Assembly: GCA_030704615.1 (NCBI GenBank)
Contig: CM060731.1
Coordinates: 3,720,001 to 3,784,000, forward strand
Length of the DNA: 64,000 bases
Origin: Takakia lepidozioides
Taxonomy: Eukaryota; Plantae; Bryophyta
Reading direction: 5' to 3'
Positions 46,549 through 60,682 of the stretch are shown one piece after another. The notes beneath the pieces are model-generated. The model saw only the letters and a program-made list of their open reading frames with translations, was not told the origin of the DNA and made no database searches. Numbering within the stretch: position 1 is the first letter of the stretch; each line of letters starts with the position of its first letter. A program made the position numbers and the translations under genes.

Positions 46549-49545
46549 GCTGATACACAGAGCTTGTGAGACAATAGTATTGACTAAGTACTGAAGGCAA
46601 TCAGTTTTTGGTGGAGCTGATACATGCAGAAGAAATATAAATTGGGTGTGAGTGCATCTTATTAGTAGTCTACTTGGTAGGATCTGCCTGAAAAATGTTA
46701 GTGACACAGAGAGCCCTTGAAAGATCTCATAAAATGTGCACATAAGCATGGATCATGTGGACCATTAAATACAATACGATTTGACATTCACTTAGTTATG
46801 CACAGGTCAAGAGTGCTGTTGTTGTAAGTCCCTGATGGCCGGTGTACTCTAGATATGAGCTGCGTGTCTTTCTCTGGTGTAATGAGTCAGAAATTCTTGA
46901 AGGCAGATAATTCCAAGCTCAGAAATGTGGCTAAAGCGGTCTGCCAAATGAAAGCTGTGGAAGTTTTTCAATTATATTTGAGTCAATTTGGAGGGTTAAA
47001 ACTTCTCTGCCAATTGAAAGCATGGGTACACTTAATTATCCATCAATAATGGTAACAAGATTGCAAAATTTCACATGTATACCTGGCAGTACTTATATGT
47101 GGATGGTACTCCATGTTACCTTTTCCTGCAATACCACACAAGACATCAAGGCTAGGCATATACAACTGATACACACTGTGGGTGCAGGGTACAATCCCCA
47201 CTTATAGAGAGTAAAGTCAGAAGGAAGGTGTTGGGGTTGTTGAATCTTAGAAGCTAGTTGGGCTCATCCACATTGCTGAGGAAAATGTATGACACACTAC
47301 TTTCTCTAAATCTGGTTATGAAAAGGGCAAACTGGCATTCACGTTAAAAGTTTGCCTAAACAACCAGAGCACATGTAAGGCATTGGCTTCATACCCCAGC
47401 GAATCCAGTCGTGTATTCTGAAAGGTAGAATGCTAGTAAATATCTACCTATGTGTCCTCGCCCCCACAATCAATACATCATTGTGTGCTTCGCGTACGTA
47501 ATAGACTATAGTAGGGGCCCACCAATTAACTTTCGTATTCAAAACCGATTCAAAACATTAGAGGCCAAAATGAAGAGTAACTACTCCGATGGAGGAGTGG
47601 GCACCGAGATGATGTTTTTAAACGTCGAACTTATGCCGGGTTGCCAGCTAAGAGGAAGGGGTAGTCTAACGAGATACATTTACATGAAATTTGCGCCATT
47701 GCTGGTCAGGAAAGGGAGGGAACATACTTGAGAGATACTTTGGGCACTTTAAAGGCCAACAACATAGCTGTGGTATGGTGTTTGTCGCGAATGGACTGCC
47801 AGATCGTGATTCAGGGGCGTATTTGATGCATTACCACAGCACCCACTGTCACTGTAAAGCCATTGACTTGGTTGCCTTCTACATCCAAAAGACATAAAGC
47901 ATGAATTGCATGAGCAAGAAAGTTTTTCAATTTCGGAGTCGAGAGATTGATATAGGTTGTTTTATATTGTTGTAGAGTATTGTTCACAAGGAGGGCAAAC
48001 AAGAAAGGAATACAGTTGTCAAAGTATATCTAGCAGAGAAGGCAGTATTTAGTGAAACATGCAACAGTAACTTAGCAGAATTATCTGACTCTTGCTGAAG
48101 AGAGGCTGAAGAAGAAGCTATCAACCACCCTTGTCTGCTCATGTGTAATTTTTCCCGTGCCTTTCTTCACAGCTGCTTGAGCTAGTCCATTTACGTACCT
48201 ATAGTTCAGATAAATGGTATTCGGATGAGATCAAGTGAACCTCAATATAGAGGCGAGAAAAGGAGCTGCCAGTACTTAAGTGATATACCTATACTTCAGG
48301 ATTGGACACGGTTGTACACTGCAAACACTGTGAATGAGCTGACATCCCATTTGACATCCAAGTTATAACAACATTGATTGCGCACTGAATAAATGGAAAA
48401 AGATGCCCCTCAACACGCTCGAAGTTGCATTGAATGGCTTCCCTTCACTGTTTCCTCGACTTACCAAGCAATGAATCTCTGATAACTGTTTGCCGCCAGT
48501 TGGGTTATGAGGGTCCCGTATACTTGCTCAACTATGCACATGATAGAAATCATCATACCACAGCATCAGGTGACACTGCAACTGGCCGACTTTATAATGG
48601 ACGACCTACAAGCCCAGCTTTGAATGGACGGGCCGCCTCGTGCATCCGTTAACTAAAGACAGTGAGTCGGATGCTCCAGTAACACTATGAGCAATGCTGT
48701 GTATGGTCGTGATCTGGGTCAACTGTACATATTACAAACGAAGAAACCAAGAGTCAGAAGCACTGTACAATAACCTAGCATGCGAAGTTAAAATAAGATC
48801 TAAATCCTAACGTATGCATGAAGAAGTGTACTTTTAATCAACCAGCTAAGCTAATCTTCCAAACAGAGATCCTCAATTTCACTTTGAACTCAATAAAATT
48901 ATATGAGTCGATTGTAGAAAGATCAGGAACTCCCAGTAAGAGTTGAGGGAGACGGAAATAGAGAGAGAAAGATAGATAGAGAGTTACGCCCAGCGATCTG
49001 CAGCATACAGCTCTCATCGCGGGACCGATGGAGAGTATGGATCAACACTGAAGAAATCCGAATCCTGACCGACTCACATGGGTGTGCATGAGATCGTGAA
49101 AGAAATGAGAAAGGATCTGAGTGAAATTTCTGCCTCATTCTGCCCGTAGCCCGTGGGCAACATTCAGCCTGCCCATCTCAAAAAAGGAAAGCAATATAGT
49201 AAAATTAAATACATTCAAACGGACGGAGCGATGGCCGTCGTGGAGGCGCCAAGAGACGAAGTGAAGTACCGGCCCCTTCTTCCCTCTCGTCTTGCAATGC
49301 AAGCGTTTGCTGTGCCTTGAATTTTGTGGAGGAGCTTGTGAGCATTGCGCGATGCTGAGAGCAGGCCAAGGGATGCAAGGGCTGCGGTGGTGCCATGGAG
49401 GTGAGGAAGCGCAGAGGAGCTGAGCTGCGCGATGGCGGCTTCACCCGCCCTAACCGCCAGCCGTGAGAAGCGGCTGCAACAGCCGTGAGCGTGATGGGAA
49501 TGTGCGAGCCCGTGAGTACCCTTACCCTGTAGGTGGGTGTGAGAA

Positions 49546-50445
49546 ATGGATGCTGAATTTGCAGAGCTGACTCGTCAAACAAATGTTAGGGCTCCAAGAC
49601 CTCGTACCTCAAGAAAACCACTGTCCCCTGCAGAAAAACGGCCAAGATCTCGCAATTGGGAACTTCCTGAAACACTTTGCTTAGCAAAAGCCAAGAGAGT
49701 AGAATGGGAAAATTATGAGCAGGCAACCAGTAGGGAGAGAGCGGAGAGCAGTGCAATCCAAAAATGGGAAGTCGTTGGACAATACATGCAGTTGCATGGG
49801 TTCCGTGACAGAGATGGAAAGGGCTGCAGGACAAAATGGGAAAACCTCCTCAGCGATTTTAAGGGGGTCAAGGATTGGGACAAGAGGAGTGGAAATGCTC
49901 CTTACGCAACGTTGTCCAGCCGGGAGAGGAGTACGCAAGGTTTACCGTTCAAATTTGATCAGGAGCTTTATGACTTGATGGACACTCTACACTCATCAAA
50001 GCCCTCTTTCAATCCTCCGGGATTCTTTGATAGCTCTGCCCCAACTCCATCCTCGTCGGCATCACCAGAAGAGGTGGAGGCTGAAGAGGTGGAGCCTACC
50101 TCATCTGCAGCTGTGCTTGAAAGTGTCGTGGGTTACAGAGAACCTGGCTCCGCAGGTCGCAAGAGGAAAATCATCCACCCCAACGGACTGGAGGCTGCAA
50201 TAAGGGAGACTAGAGATAGCTACATTGCTGCCATTGATAAACATGCCACGAGGAGGGAAGGAAAGATGGGAGAAAGACATTCTGCAACTCTAGCTCTTGA
50301 CAGAGAAAGACTGGAGACTGAGAGAGAGAAACTGGTAATTGAGAAGGAGAGGGTGGCTGATGAGAGGGCTGACCGCAGAGCCCTAATCAGCGTTCTTGGG
50401 AAGATGGCATCTGCGTTTGACAAAATTGCTGGCAAAATGGTTTAA
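49546..50445 (+). CDS. Trihelix / Myb-SANT-like DNA-binding protein (299 aa, intronless)
   Basis: RSRNWELPETLCL..KWEVV..CRTKWENLLSDFK.VKDW..ER..GLP, with a C-terminal coiled coil. Confidence 0.88.
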   Translation: MDAEFAELTRQTNVRAPRPRTSRKPLSPAEKRPRSRNWELPETLCLAKAKRVEWENYEQATSRERAESSAIQKWEVVGQYMQLHGFRDRDGKGCRTKWENLLSDFKGVKDWDKRSGNAPYATLSSRERSTQGLPFKFDQELYDLMDTLHSSKPSFNPPGFFDSSAPTPSSSASPEEVEAEEVEPTSSAAVLESVVGYREPGSAGRKRKIIHPNGLEAAIRETRDSYIAAIDKHATRREGKMGERHSATLALDRERLETEREKLVIEKERVADERADRRALISVLGKMASAFDKIAGKMV

Positions 50446-52579
50446 ATGGAGCTGGGGTGGAGAGAGGGAGTCGGTACCCAGGTTTTGAACGGAACCCTAA
50501 CTGAGCTGGGATATCCACCTTACCCTCCATATCGAGAGATGATCCATGGAGTGTGTAAAAATGCCTGCCAAGGCCGGAGACTTCATTCTTAGTGTAAATA
50601 GGTGGGACTTCGAGAATAATCTAACCCTAAAATCTGATCCAACAATTATTCAAACTAGCTGGGAACTCCCACAAAGATATCAGTGAATCTCCGCATCAAA
50701 TCTGAAATTATCTCTTGAAGAATGCCTTGACCTTGTTTGTGGGTCGTAGTAATTAGCTCCACTAGCTCCGTTATCAGAATGAACAGCAAACTTTGGAATC
50801 TCACTTTAACTTGCGAGTTCTGTCAGGACATATCGTGCCCCTGTAATAGACATTGCAAATGACCCACCAAAGGCTGTCCCCATGACTACTGGACACAAGG
50901 CTTGGTAAATTCTGTTACACTGGACTCCTTGGCACTGCATTCACAAGAACGGGCTCCACAAGTGTATTCTGCTTTCTAGGTGCGCAGACAATGAAGCACA
51001 AAATCAATCAACAAAGTGGAATGAAGTCTGAATTATTGCATGCGCTTGTATCTCTAGGTTTCACCCACTTCAAAGCAATCACAAGGGCACTTGATTTTCC
51101 TGCCCCATCTGGAAGGAGAAAAGGGTATGTGATGCAAGCCACTGTCATCCTCAGCTTAGAACTTGGAGACTGGGCCATGTCTGTTAGCCCTCCACCTCTC
51201 CAGGGCATGGGCATGACTTCAACAGACAACTCAGTACTGATTTATTAGTAAGGCTTGAAAATTGGTTTGAGTACTACTCTGCTTGGGGATCCTATATATT
51301 GTTAAAAGAAAAATGCGCCTTTGTCTCTCTCCAGAGATAGTAGGAGAGAGATACTAGGTGACTGACCTTATCCCAATTGCATTGGGATTTTTAAAAAAAG
51401 GAAAGAGTTATAAAATTTATTGCATGCCGCAAGGAAAAATTAACCTTGCAGAACATTGAATCCCACCATGTAGTGGGTGGCTTGGAAGTGTGGCCTTAAA
51501 CAACTTTTTAAGGCAGTAACTACCTACTCACCTTGACATAGAGACAAAAGATGGTCATGTTAAAGCTTGAAACAGCCCATTTTTACAACATAATAATAAA
51601 TAATAAGAGGGGATAGAAGCCCGTTTTATGTTTTCCTATAAGGTCTGCAGTAAGGTTGAGGACTAGAGAATATTACTTGATTTGTTGTATAGCTTGACAT
51701 GGCTGTTGGGTAAGTTGTATGAGGCTACACACACGTCACTGGCCAGCCTGGCGCGTAGATTATAGGATTCTGATGACTACGACAGCCTTGGATGTGGATT
51801 CACAATCACCAATTTCCTTCGAGGGAAAAATCTGAAAGTTCTTTAGGTATAGGAGAAGGGCCTGAGTGGAGGGGATTACCGGAATGAGCCCCACCACGAG
51901 GCGGTAGTCGAGTGGCGGGGCGAGTGTAGGTAATCCCCGAAACGAGGAGGCTTACCGTGCGTGAAGAACGCGTAGGGAACGCGCAGGGAACGCTGCAATG
52001 CACGCGCCAGGCTGGGGCGTAGATTCACAGGTTTAAGTCACTGGTTTCCTTGGAGGGAAAAAGCTGAAAGTTCTTTACGTTCTCTAAGATGACATGCATG
52101 TTAATCGAACTGCTCGTAATCTCTGATAAAAAATCCACGTGCAAATATCTGGTTCAAGGATCTAGTGGGCATATGGGAGAAGAGATCATGCATAACTAGT
52201 TCAAGCAGATGGCTGTAGCTGCAAGGAGTCTGGTTGAGTTACTGCCATTACGCCAAGAGGTGATGACGACAGTAGTAGTATCAAAACCTTTCCTCGTTCT
52301 GACAAGACCATAGCCATTGAGCATTGAGTAGCTCAAAATACAAATTGTTCTAAGTTTTAACTGATCTTCATCCACGATCTGCTAAACTTGTGATGCCGGC
52401 TACATCTGATCGTCAATGTAATCACTCTGTTCAAGCTCCGCCATCTGCCAATTCCGGAGTTAAATTTAGTAGGTATATTCCTCATGTTGCTTATATGCAT
52501 CCAAGAATGGAAAATGCTATTGTGAGTCCAAGACCTCATGTGAATCCCAGCTTAAGCAATGTCGTGTATCCAAGACAAA

Positions 52580-52750
52580 ATAGTGGTGCTCCTTATTTAA
52601 ATGACGCTCCTCCTTGTACCAATGGTGGTATGGTTCCTTGTCCAAAGCCGAATGGGGGTGCTCCCTTTTCAGTCCCAACTGGTGGTGCTCCTTACCATGT
52701 GCCAAATGCCGATGGTGCTCCCTATCCAGTGCCAAGTGGTGGTGCTCGTG
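52580..52750 (+). repeat. 24-27-bp tandem repeat (GGTGCTCC core) encoding GGAP(Y/F)
   Basis: About 6 units within ORF 52390-52896. Confidence 0.6.
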
Positions 52751-53421
52751 ATGGTGTTGCACCTACTGTTGATGCTCTTGAGGACCACCTCACTCCTAAC
52801 CTGAAAGATTGTAACAACCAGAGCCATGTTAGTGGTAGTGGCACTCATGTCTCATGGGTAACTTTAGGGTGTCTTCCTTATAAATATTTTTTCTAACAAA
52901 TGAATGATCACATTTTGGTGTATTTTTGTCTGTACTATTTTGTTTGTATTTTGTGTGTATGCGCCTAAAGCTATATATTCATAGCTGGGGTAGGGATTGA
53001 ACCATAACCACTGTGTTGCCATCATACATGTTGGATGAACCAAAGGTTCTTGATGCTTTTCTCTTCTCTCAAATATGCAATACAGCCATGTGTTGGGCAC
53101 ATACCTGGCTTTCTTCATTGGCCCAGACAGTCTCTTCAGCTCAGCGTGGGTTTCCTCAATATGAGGATGTACACGTAGCTAACAACGGATGTATGCACCC
53201 TGTTGATGACCTCAATGCAGCTGCACCCAAGCTGCTGTCTGACACATCTGTCCATCACTTCACTCACCCTTGCAATATAATCCCACTGGCAAGTTGCAGA
53301 TTAGATGTTAAATAGCAGCACATAAGCTGCAGGGTCTTATGGATCACTCTTAAGAATGTTTTTTGCTGCGCGTTCTGCTCCCTCCACATCACCATGAATC
53401 ATGCAGGCACCAAGCAAGGCC

Positions 53422-55720
53422 TTACGGATCACTCTTAAGAATGTTTTTTGTTGCACGTTCTGCTCTCTCCACATCACCATGAATCATGCAGGCACCAAGC
53501 AAGGCCTTCCATACCCCATCAGCTGGTTTGAGTGGCATTTTCTCAATGAAATCCTCGGCCTCATCCAATCGTCCTGCACGCCCAAGAAGGTCCACCATGC
53601 AGGCAAAGTGTTCGTCTGCATGAGTGAGGCCATGATCTTGAATCATGGAATAGAAGTAGAGATGGCCTTCATCCACAAGGCCTGCATGACTACATGCAAA
53701 GAGAAGAGATACAAAGGTAATACCATCCGGCTTGAAGCCATCCAACTGCATTTGTTTAAATAGTTGCACAGCCTGCCTGCCACACCCATGCCGGGCACAT
53801 CCTGCAATCATGGTATTCCAGGAGACCAGATTCCGTCTAGACATATTGTCGAACACTCCACATGCATCCTTCATGCTCCCACACTTGCTATACATGTCAA
53901 CAAGGCTGTTCTCCAGAGTGATGTCTGCCACAATTCCGCTTTTGCTGATGTCCGCATGGACCTGCTTGCCCGTTTCCAGCACTTCTATGCTGGCACAGGC
54001 ATTGAGAACGCAAGTGAATGTGACCATGTCAGCCTTCACCCCTTCCCGTTTCATTTGCTCATACATCTCGAGGGCCTCCCTACCACATCCATGCTGAACG
54101 TAGCCTGCAATCATCATACTCCATGTGACAACATCTCGTGTAGACATTGTGTTAAAAACTTCTTGTGCATCCTTCATGTTCCCACATTTGGCATACATAT
54201 CAGCAAGGGCAGTCTCCACAATTGCATCTGCTGCAATTGCAGCTTTGATGATATCAGCATGGACCTCTTTCCCCTTGTCAAGAGATTTCAGGCTGGCACA
54301 TACATTCAGAGTGCAAATGAATGTGACCCTGTCGGGCACCAGACCCTCATAGAGCATTTTTTCATAGCTTACCAAAGCCTCCATACCACACCCATGCTGA
54401 GCATATCCTGCAATCATGATGTTCCATGACAGGACATCTCTTTGGGTTAAATTTTCGAACAGTTTATTTGCATCCTTCATGCTCCCGCACCTGACATACA
54501 TGTCAAGAAGGGCAGTCTCCAAATGAGCATAGGACAAAGTTCCACCAGCTCTCATGATGTCAGCATGGACCCCTTTCCCCTTTGCCAGGGCTCCAGGGCT
54601 GGCACATGCATTGAGGATGCAAATGAACGTGACTCTGTTTGGTGTCACCTCTTCTCGTTGCATTTGCACATAGATCTCAAAAGCTTCTGTAACACACCCT
54701 TGTCGAGCATACCCACCAATCATGGCGTTCCATGAGACCACATCTTGTTGACCCATATTGTCAAAGACTTGACGCGCATCCCTTACACTCCCACATTTGG
54801 CATACATGTCCACAAGTGTATTCTCTAACTTAACATATGACTGAATCCCAGCTTTGAGGATGGTTGCATGGACTTCTTTGCCCTTCTCTAGGGCTCCTAG
54901 GCTGACGCAAGCATTGAGAGCAGAAATGAACGTGACCCTGTTAGGAGTCACCCCTTCCCTTTGCATTTGCTCATACATTTCAAAAGCCTCCCTCCCACAC
55001 CCATGCTGAACATATCCTGCAATCATTGCATTCCACGAGACCACATTTCGGTTTGCCATATTGTCAAACACTTGTTGCGAATCTTTCATGCTCCCACATT
55101 TGGCATACATGTCAGCAAGGGCAGTCTCCTGAATGATATCTGACAGAATTCCAGCTTTTCTGATGTCAGCATGAATTTTTTTGCCCTTTTCCAGAGCTCC
55201 TAGGCTGGCACATGCATTGAGAATGCAAGTAAATGTTACCCTGTCAGGTGTAACCCTTTCACTTCGCATTTTCTCATAGATATTCATTGCTGCTTCAGCA
55301 TGCCCATGTTTGGCATATCCTGCCATCATTGTAGTCCAGGTACACATGTCTCGTTCAGGCATTTTATCAAACAGTTGGCGTGCATCGACTACACTCCCGC
55401 ACTTGGCATACATGTTCACAAGGGTATTGAACAGAAAGATGTTGGGCTTGAATCCACTCTGGACAATGTGGGCATGCACCTGCTTTCCCTCAGCTAGGGC
55501 TTTTCTCTTGATGCACTCGTGCAAGATGCAGGCATAAATATTGGAGTCTGCCCCTATGCCTTGTTGGCTTATAATGTGCAGAGCCTCTTTCAGTCGTCCT
55601 GCCTTACATAATGTCCTCAAGTAGACTCGCTCACTGGGTCCTCTTTCAAAAGTAGGGCTAAGGTTGGCAGTGCTACCCTTGCCGCCAACAGACAATTGAT
55701 CATGATTTAACCTTACGATC
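53422..55720 (-). CDS. PLS-class PPR protein 1, main exon; truncated in the E domain
   Basis: Six MYxKCG-type PLS triplets, CMVDLLGRAG and VWKALLGAC, then TAA. Acceptor at 55720 is in phase with an upstream donor at 55892. Degenerate E2/E+/DYW start follows to ~53050. Confidence 0.92.
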
Positions 55721-56791
55721 CTGCAGAGTCAAAATTCCACACCTTTTGCAGTAAGTAAAAGTAGCTCAAAGCTCCTAAGCTTTTTTGGTACATTCTAAAA
55801 GGGTTACAAAAGTACAAAATTTCGATATATTGAGAATAAATTGTACTAATACTATCTGTCTGACTAGATTCAATCATTCTTGAAAAGATACCTGTTTATT
55901 TCTCGGCCTGGAGCTCCATGGACAAAAGGACCATCATCAGATTTCGATCGAGCTTCTGGCAGGGTCGCTAGTTCTGCTTTCACCCAAGGAGGATTCAAGG
56001 AATTCTCAGTCCAAAGGACCTCCTTTGTGAGCTTATGTCTGAAGTCTGGCGATCTTGGACCTTTCTGTGAAATCAATGAGTGGGCAGCTGGACAGCCACA
56101 GCTTCAACCACAGTGTTGCATAGACTGGGCTAAAACCGCCAAAGCTCCAAGCATCTTTGAATGAAATGGAAGAACCTTGGACAACCCACTTTCATGGCCT
56201 GTTAACAAGGAAGAGCAACATACTGATAGCAACAGCAAGGTTCGCGTTCACTTCTTTTCATGGAAGGAGCATCAATCTAAGCAACTCAAGATATTGACCA
56301 CAAAACATTATCAGGCCAGCTTCTAGTAGCCTCACCTTGTCAGCCCTGTTGTCCCACCACTGAGAAGGATCTGACAGGAACTCTTGCCAAAGCCGTTCTA
56401 TTCTTATTGCTTGGCCTGCACGCAAACACCACTGATACGCATCTTAGCAGCTTCTAATTGCGTGTCGGATTCCATAAGAAACTGTGTCAGATCGGGGCCT
56501 AGAGCAGTAATGCTGGAATATAAATATGTTACCTGGCATGATGATTGTACCAGCTCCTTCTATCAACACTCAATTCCCTATCCTTGGCTGTGCAAGCGCA
56601 ATGTCGTGTCCGGGTTGAGTTTCCACAGCCTGAGCATGATGTCAATCTCTACTCAATTTTCTGTAACCGGATTGTCCGTGGGTGATGGCTGGGCGGGATT
56701 TGCGTCGGAGGAAAGCTGTGGGAAATATAGCGTAAAATTCACGTATTCCAGGAGGCACTCAAGGACGCGAAGGGACGTGCCGGGAGGAAGA

Positions 56792-57161
56792 CAATAGAGT
56801 TATCCGTAAAGTGAGCCTGAGTTTGGTACCCTGTTTGGACCCGAGTTACGGGTTTCATCCTGAGTTTGAGTTAATCCGTAAAGTGCAGAAAACTGAGCAC
56901 GAAGTCAAAAAAGAGGGCACCAAATCACAAACTGGGGATGAGGGTAGCAGCAGCTCCTGAGCTCTGACCGCCTCCGCCTCGACGACTAACAAAACTCGGG
57001 CACCAAACTCCTGCCACCCCCATTTTCTTAGTCCTGGCAGTTTGGTCCCGTGTTTTTTTCTAGTCGTACCGCTTGATCCTGAGTTTCGAGTTTCATACCG
57101 AGTTTGGCCAAACTCGGGGTTCTCATGCCGAGTTTGGGACCCTTTACGGATAACTCTATTG
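56792..57161. mobile_element. MITE-like element (370 bp)
   Basis: Perfect 20-bp inverted repeat CAATAGAGTTATCCGTAAAG / CTTTACGGATAACTCTATTG, with internal CGAGTTT/AAACTCG repeats. TSD ambiguous (possibly TA inside the repeat). Confidence 0.75.
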
Positions 57162-58866
57162 ATGGGATTACCTCACGTTCTTTTGCCAGTATACACCATG
57201 AAGAGAACTTCCGCGTCATCGACGATATATGCTAATAGGTTGGAGACCCAAAAGTGAAAATACCTTTCTTCGGCTTCTCTGGAGGCCGGGGAGGCGTCAC
57301 AGCAGCGACTTCGAAGGGTCTGGGGCCTACCATTGGCAGTGGTGATGGCCAGTTCAGCTCCACAGCCTGACATGTTAATCTTCTACAAGATGTAAGACCT
57401 CCCTCCCATTCACCGAAAGGAGAAGACATGCCCTTTGGTGTAGTCTCTCCCCGTGCATACTTTAGAACAGCGGAGGGGCATGCTGCCATACCGTTGAGAG
57501 AGACGAGAAGCACAGCCTAAGCAGCGATCAAAAGCGAAGCGCTCACTCTTCCCAACTCGCGAGAGGTGTTTCCACCGACGACGGAAAGTCGGCTCTTGTT
57601 GCACTCCTCGTATTAGCCTGACAGTTCTTGCACTTCAACTGAAAGCTGTGTTTTATTGAGCGTTTCGAACTCATATTCCATGTAGTCCAGTAGACAATGC
57701 AGGAGAACATTGTCTCCTTTTCACTGAGACAACTGAAAGAGGGAATGCCAATCACGTACAAACTACAAACCCAAGCACAGCCTTAAGGAGCCAAAGGGTG
57801 TCGTATGTGAGGCATGTATATATATATATAAGGTGATGAGCCAGTTTCCTTTCCTTTATTCTCCATTTGCTCTGGACAGTGCCACTACATATGCACTGAC
57901 AGGGTTTAGGAACTAGAATCAAGCTCTTATAATTTCTTGCTTCAGTCTAACAATTGAACCCATTACGCCCATGTTCGACCAACAATACTGGGACCAACCA
58001 AGACTTCCATCCATGGTTGTGATTTACTTCAATCACTGCTCTCAAGTTTTAACAGGTTTTTTGAAACTGCTTGTCGAATCGGCTCCTCTTTCGCGGAACT
58101 CTCTCCTGCTCTTTGACAGGTTAAGTAGCAAGCATGAAGATGCCAAAGGTGAAGGCTCCTTGTGAACTGGGGAGCTGCTTCCGTGTGTGAGTAATTTTGG
58201 TGATGATAATTAGAAGAGCCCTGGCTCTAAATAAACTGGGCAGCTGCTGGTTCACTTGCGGATGGTGGAATAGATTTCAAGTAATCAATTTGGATGCTTC
58301 TGCAGCTCCCCTGCCAAATACAATGAATAAATGTCAGAATATACTCCAAGAAACTCCCCCTCCAAGTACCCATCTTAATCTTTCGGGGTTTCTTGTTAGA
58401 TCTTTCTATGAGCAAAACTTTCCACCCACATGAGTTTAGAACTTTCTTTCATGCCAATGAACCGGTCAACACATCTTCCGTAATAAGGTTTTCTGTGACA
58501 TTTTGCGTGCAGTTGTTAGAGAATACAGTACTGAATGTCACCTAAATGACAGTCTTTTCTTTCAACTTCTGTCTTGTAGACATTAAAACAACCTGACAAG
58601 TTGCTCACCCAACAATTTTCGTGATGAGATTGGTGGCAGTCTATGGAGGGCATGCCGATGAGCCCAGAATTGATGACAAGCTTCTTTGATGTGATGGTTC
58701 GTGCCCTCAATGCAGTTGCATTCTGGCTCCTTCTGACAACTGTCCTCCATAATTTGTCTAAATTTTGCTGTACTATTCCCTCTGGCAGCTGCAGGCAGCA
58801 TGCCTGATTGCTGCTAAGAGCTGCAGCATGCGTTGAGAATCGTTTTTGCACCTTATTCTGCTACCT

Positions 58867-60682
58867 TCACAAAGCCATGAATTTTGCAGGCACGCATTGA
58901 GCTCTATCGTCCCACCTGGCAGCTGCAGCATAGATGTTTGAAAGCAGCACATAAGCTGCGGCATCCTGTGGATTACTCTGGATAATGCTTTTTGCTGCAC
59001 GTTCTGCTACCTCCACTTTACCATGAATTCTGCAGGCACCAAGCAAGGCCCTCCACACCCCAGCATCGGGTTTGAATTGAAGTTTCTTAATGAAATCCTC
59101 TGCCTCATCCAGTCGCCCTGAACGGCCAAGAAGGTCCACAACGCAGCCAAAATGATCTGCTGTAGGAGTGAGACCATGATCTCTACTCATGGAATCGAAG
59201 TAATGATGGCCTTCATCCACCAGGCCAACGTGGCTACATGCAGAGAGGAGCGATAAAAAGGTGGTAAGATCTGGCCTCAACCCCTCTTGCTGCATTTGTT
59301 CAAAGAGATGCAGGGCCTCCCTGCCACACCCATGCTGGGCACATCCTGCAATCATGGCATTCCATGAGACCACGTCTCGTTTAGCCATATTGAGGAACAG
59401 TTGATGTGCATCCTTCATGCTCCCGCACTTGGCATACATGTCAGCAAGTGCAGTGTGCAAATTCATACATGACGGAATTCCAGCTTTTATGATGTGAGCA
59501 TGAATCTCTTTGCCCTTTTCCAGGGCTCCTAGACTGGCACACACATTGAGTAGGCATATGAACGTGACTGTGTCGGGAATCACCACCTTCTGTTGCATTT
59601 GCTCATACATCTTGAAAGCCTCCCTACCACCACCATGCTCCGAATATCCTGCGATCAGGGCATTCCATGAGACCACATCTCGTTGACCCATTTTGTCGAA
59701 CACTTGACGCGCATTTCCCATGCTCCCACATTTAACATACATGTCAAGGAGGGCAGTCTCCAGAACCATATCTTGTAAAATTCCAGCTTTCACAATGTCA
59801 GTATGAACCTCCTTGCCCTTTTCCAGGGCTCCTAGGCTGGCACATGCATATAGAATGCAAGTGAAAGTGACACTGTTTGGTAGAAATCCTTCCTTTTGCA
59901 TTTGCTCATAGACACCTAAAGCCTCCCTGCCACACCCATGCTGAGCATATCCTGTGATCATTGCATTCCATGAGACCACATTTCGTTTCGCCATACTGTC
60001 GAATACTTGTTGTGCATCCTTCATGTTCCCGCATTTAGAATACATGTCAGCAAGGGCAGTCTCCAGAATGACATCTGAGACAATTCCAGCTTTCATAATG
60101 TCAGCATGGATTTCTTTGCCCCTTTCCTGGGCTCCTAGACAGCCACATGCATTGAGGATGCAAGTGAACGTTACCCTGTCGGGCACCACCTTTTCTTGCT
60201 GCATTTGCTCGTACATATTTAAAGCCTCCCTACCACAACCATGCTTGCAGTATCCTGTGATCATCATATTCCAGGTAAACGTATCTCGATGAGGCATTTT
60301 GTCAAAGACTTGGCGTGCATCCACAACACTGCCACACTTCGCATACATATTGACAAGGGTGTTGAGAAGAAAGATGCTCTGCTTGAGTCCACTATTGACG
60401 ATGTGTGCATGCACCCGCTTTCCCTCTGCCAGGTCTTTCGTTTTGCCACACTCCTGCAAGATACGGACACATGTCTTGGAGTCTGCCCGAATGCCTGGTT
60501 GATTGAAAATGTGCAGTGCCTCTTTCAGTTGTGCTGCCTTGCAGAGTGTCCTCATGTCCCCAAAAGTGCCTGAAGAGACTCCCTCTCTTGGTCCTCCTTT
60601 GATATCGGTGAGAGAGGCAGTGCTACGTCTGCTCCCAGTCTGATCCCCAACAAAGACATGTGCCTGATTCAAATGTGCTATC
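58867..60682 (-). CDS. PLS-class PPR protein 2 (PLS-E), main exon
   Basis: Four PLS triplets, E1 and AAAYVLLSNIYAAAARWD. Acceptor at 60682 has the same phase as PPR1. Decayed E+/DYW remnant at ~58520-58860. Confidence 0.93.

Noticed and set aside
51740-52080. Short direct and inverted repeats (CAGCCTGGCGCGT; GAGGGAAAAA.CTGAAAGTTCTTTA)
   Set aside because: No TSD or coherent element boundaries; probably a local duplication.
52390-52896. Gene encoding a GGAPY-repeat protein
   Set aside because: Low-complexity ORF with no recognisable domain or supportable gene structure.
58516-58700. Assignment of the DYW remnant to the U-to-C (KP) subtype
   Set aside because: The remnant is too decayed to subtype without HMMs.
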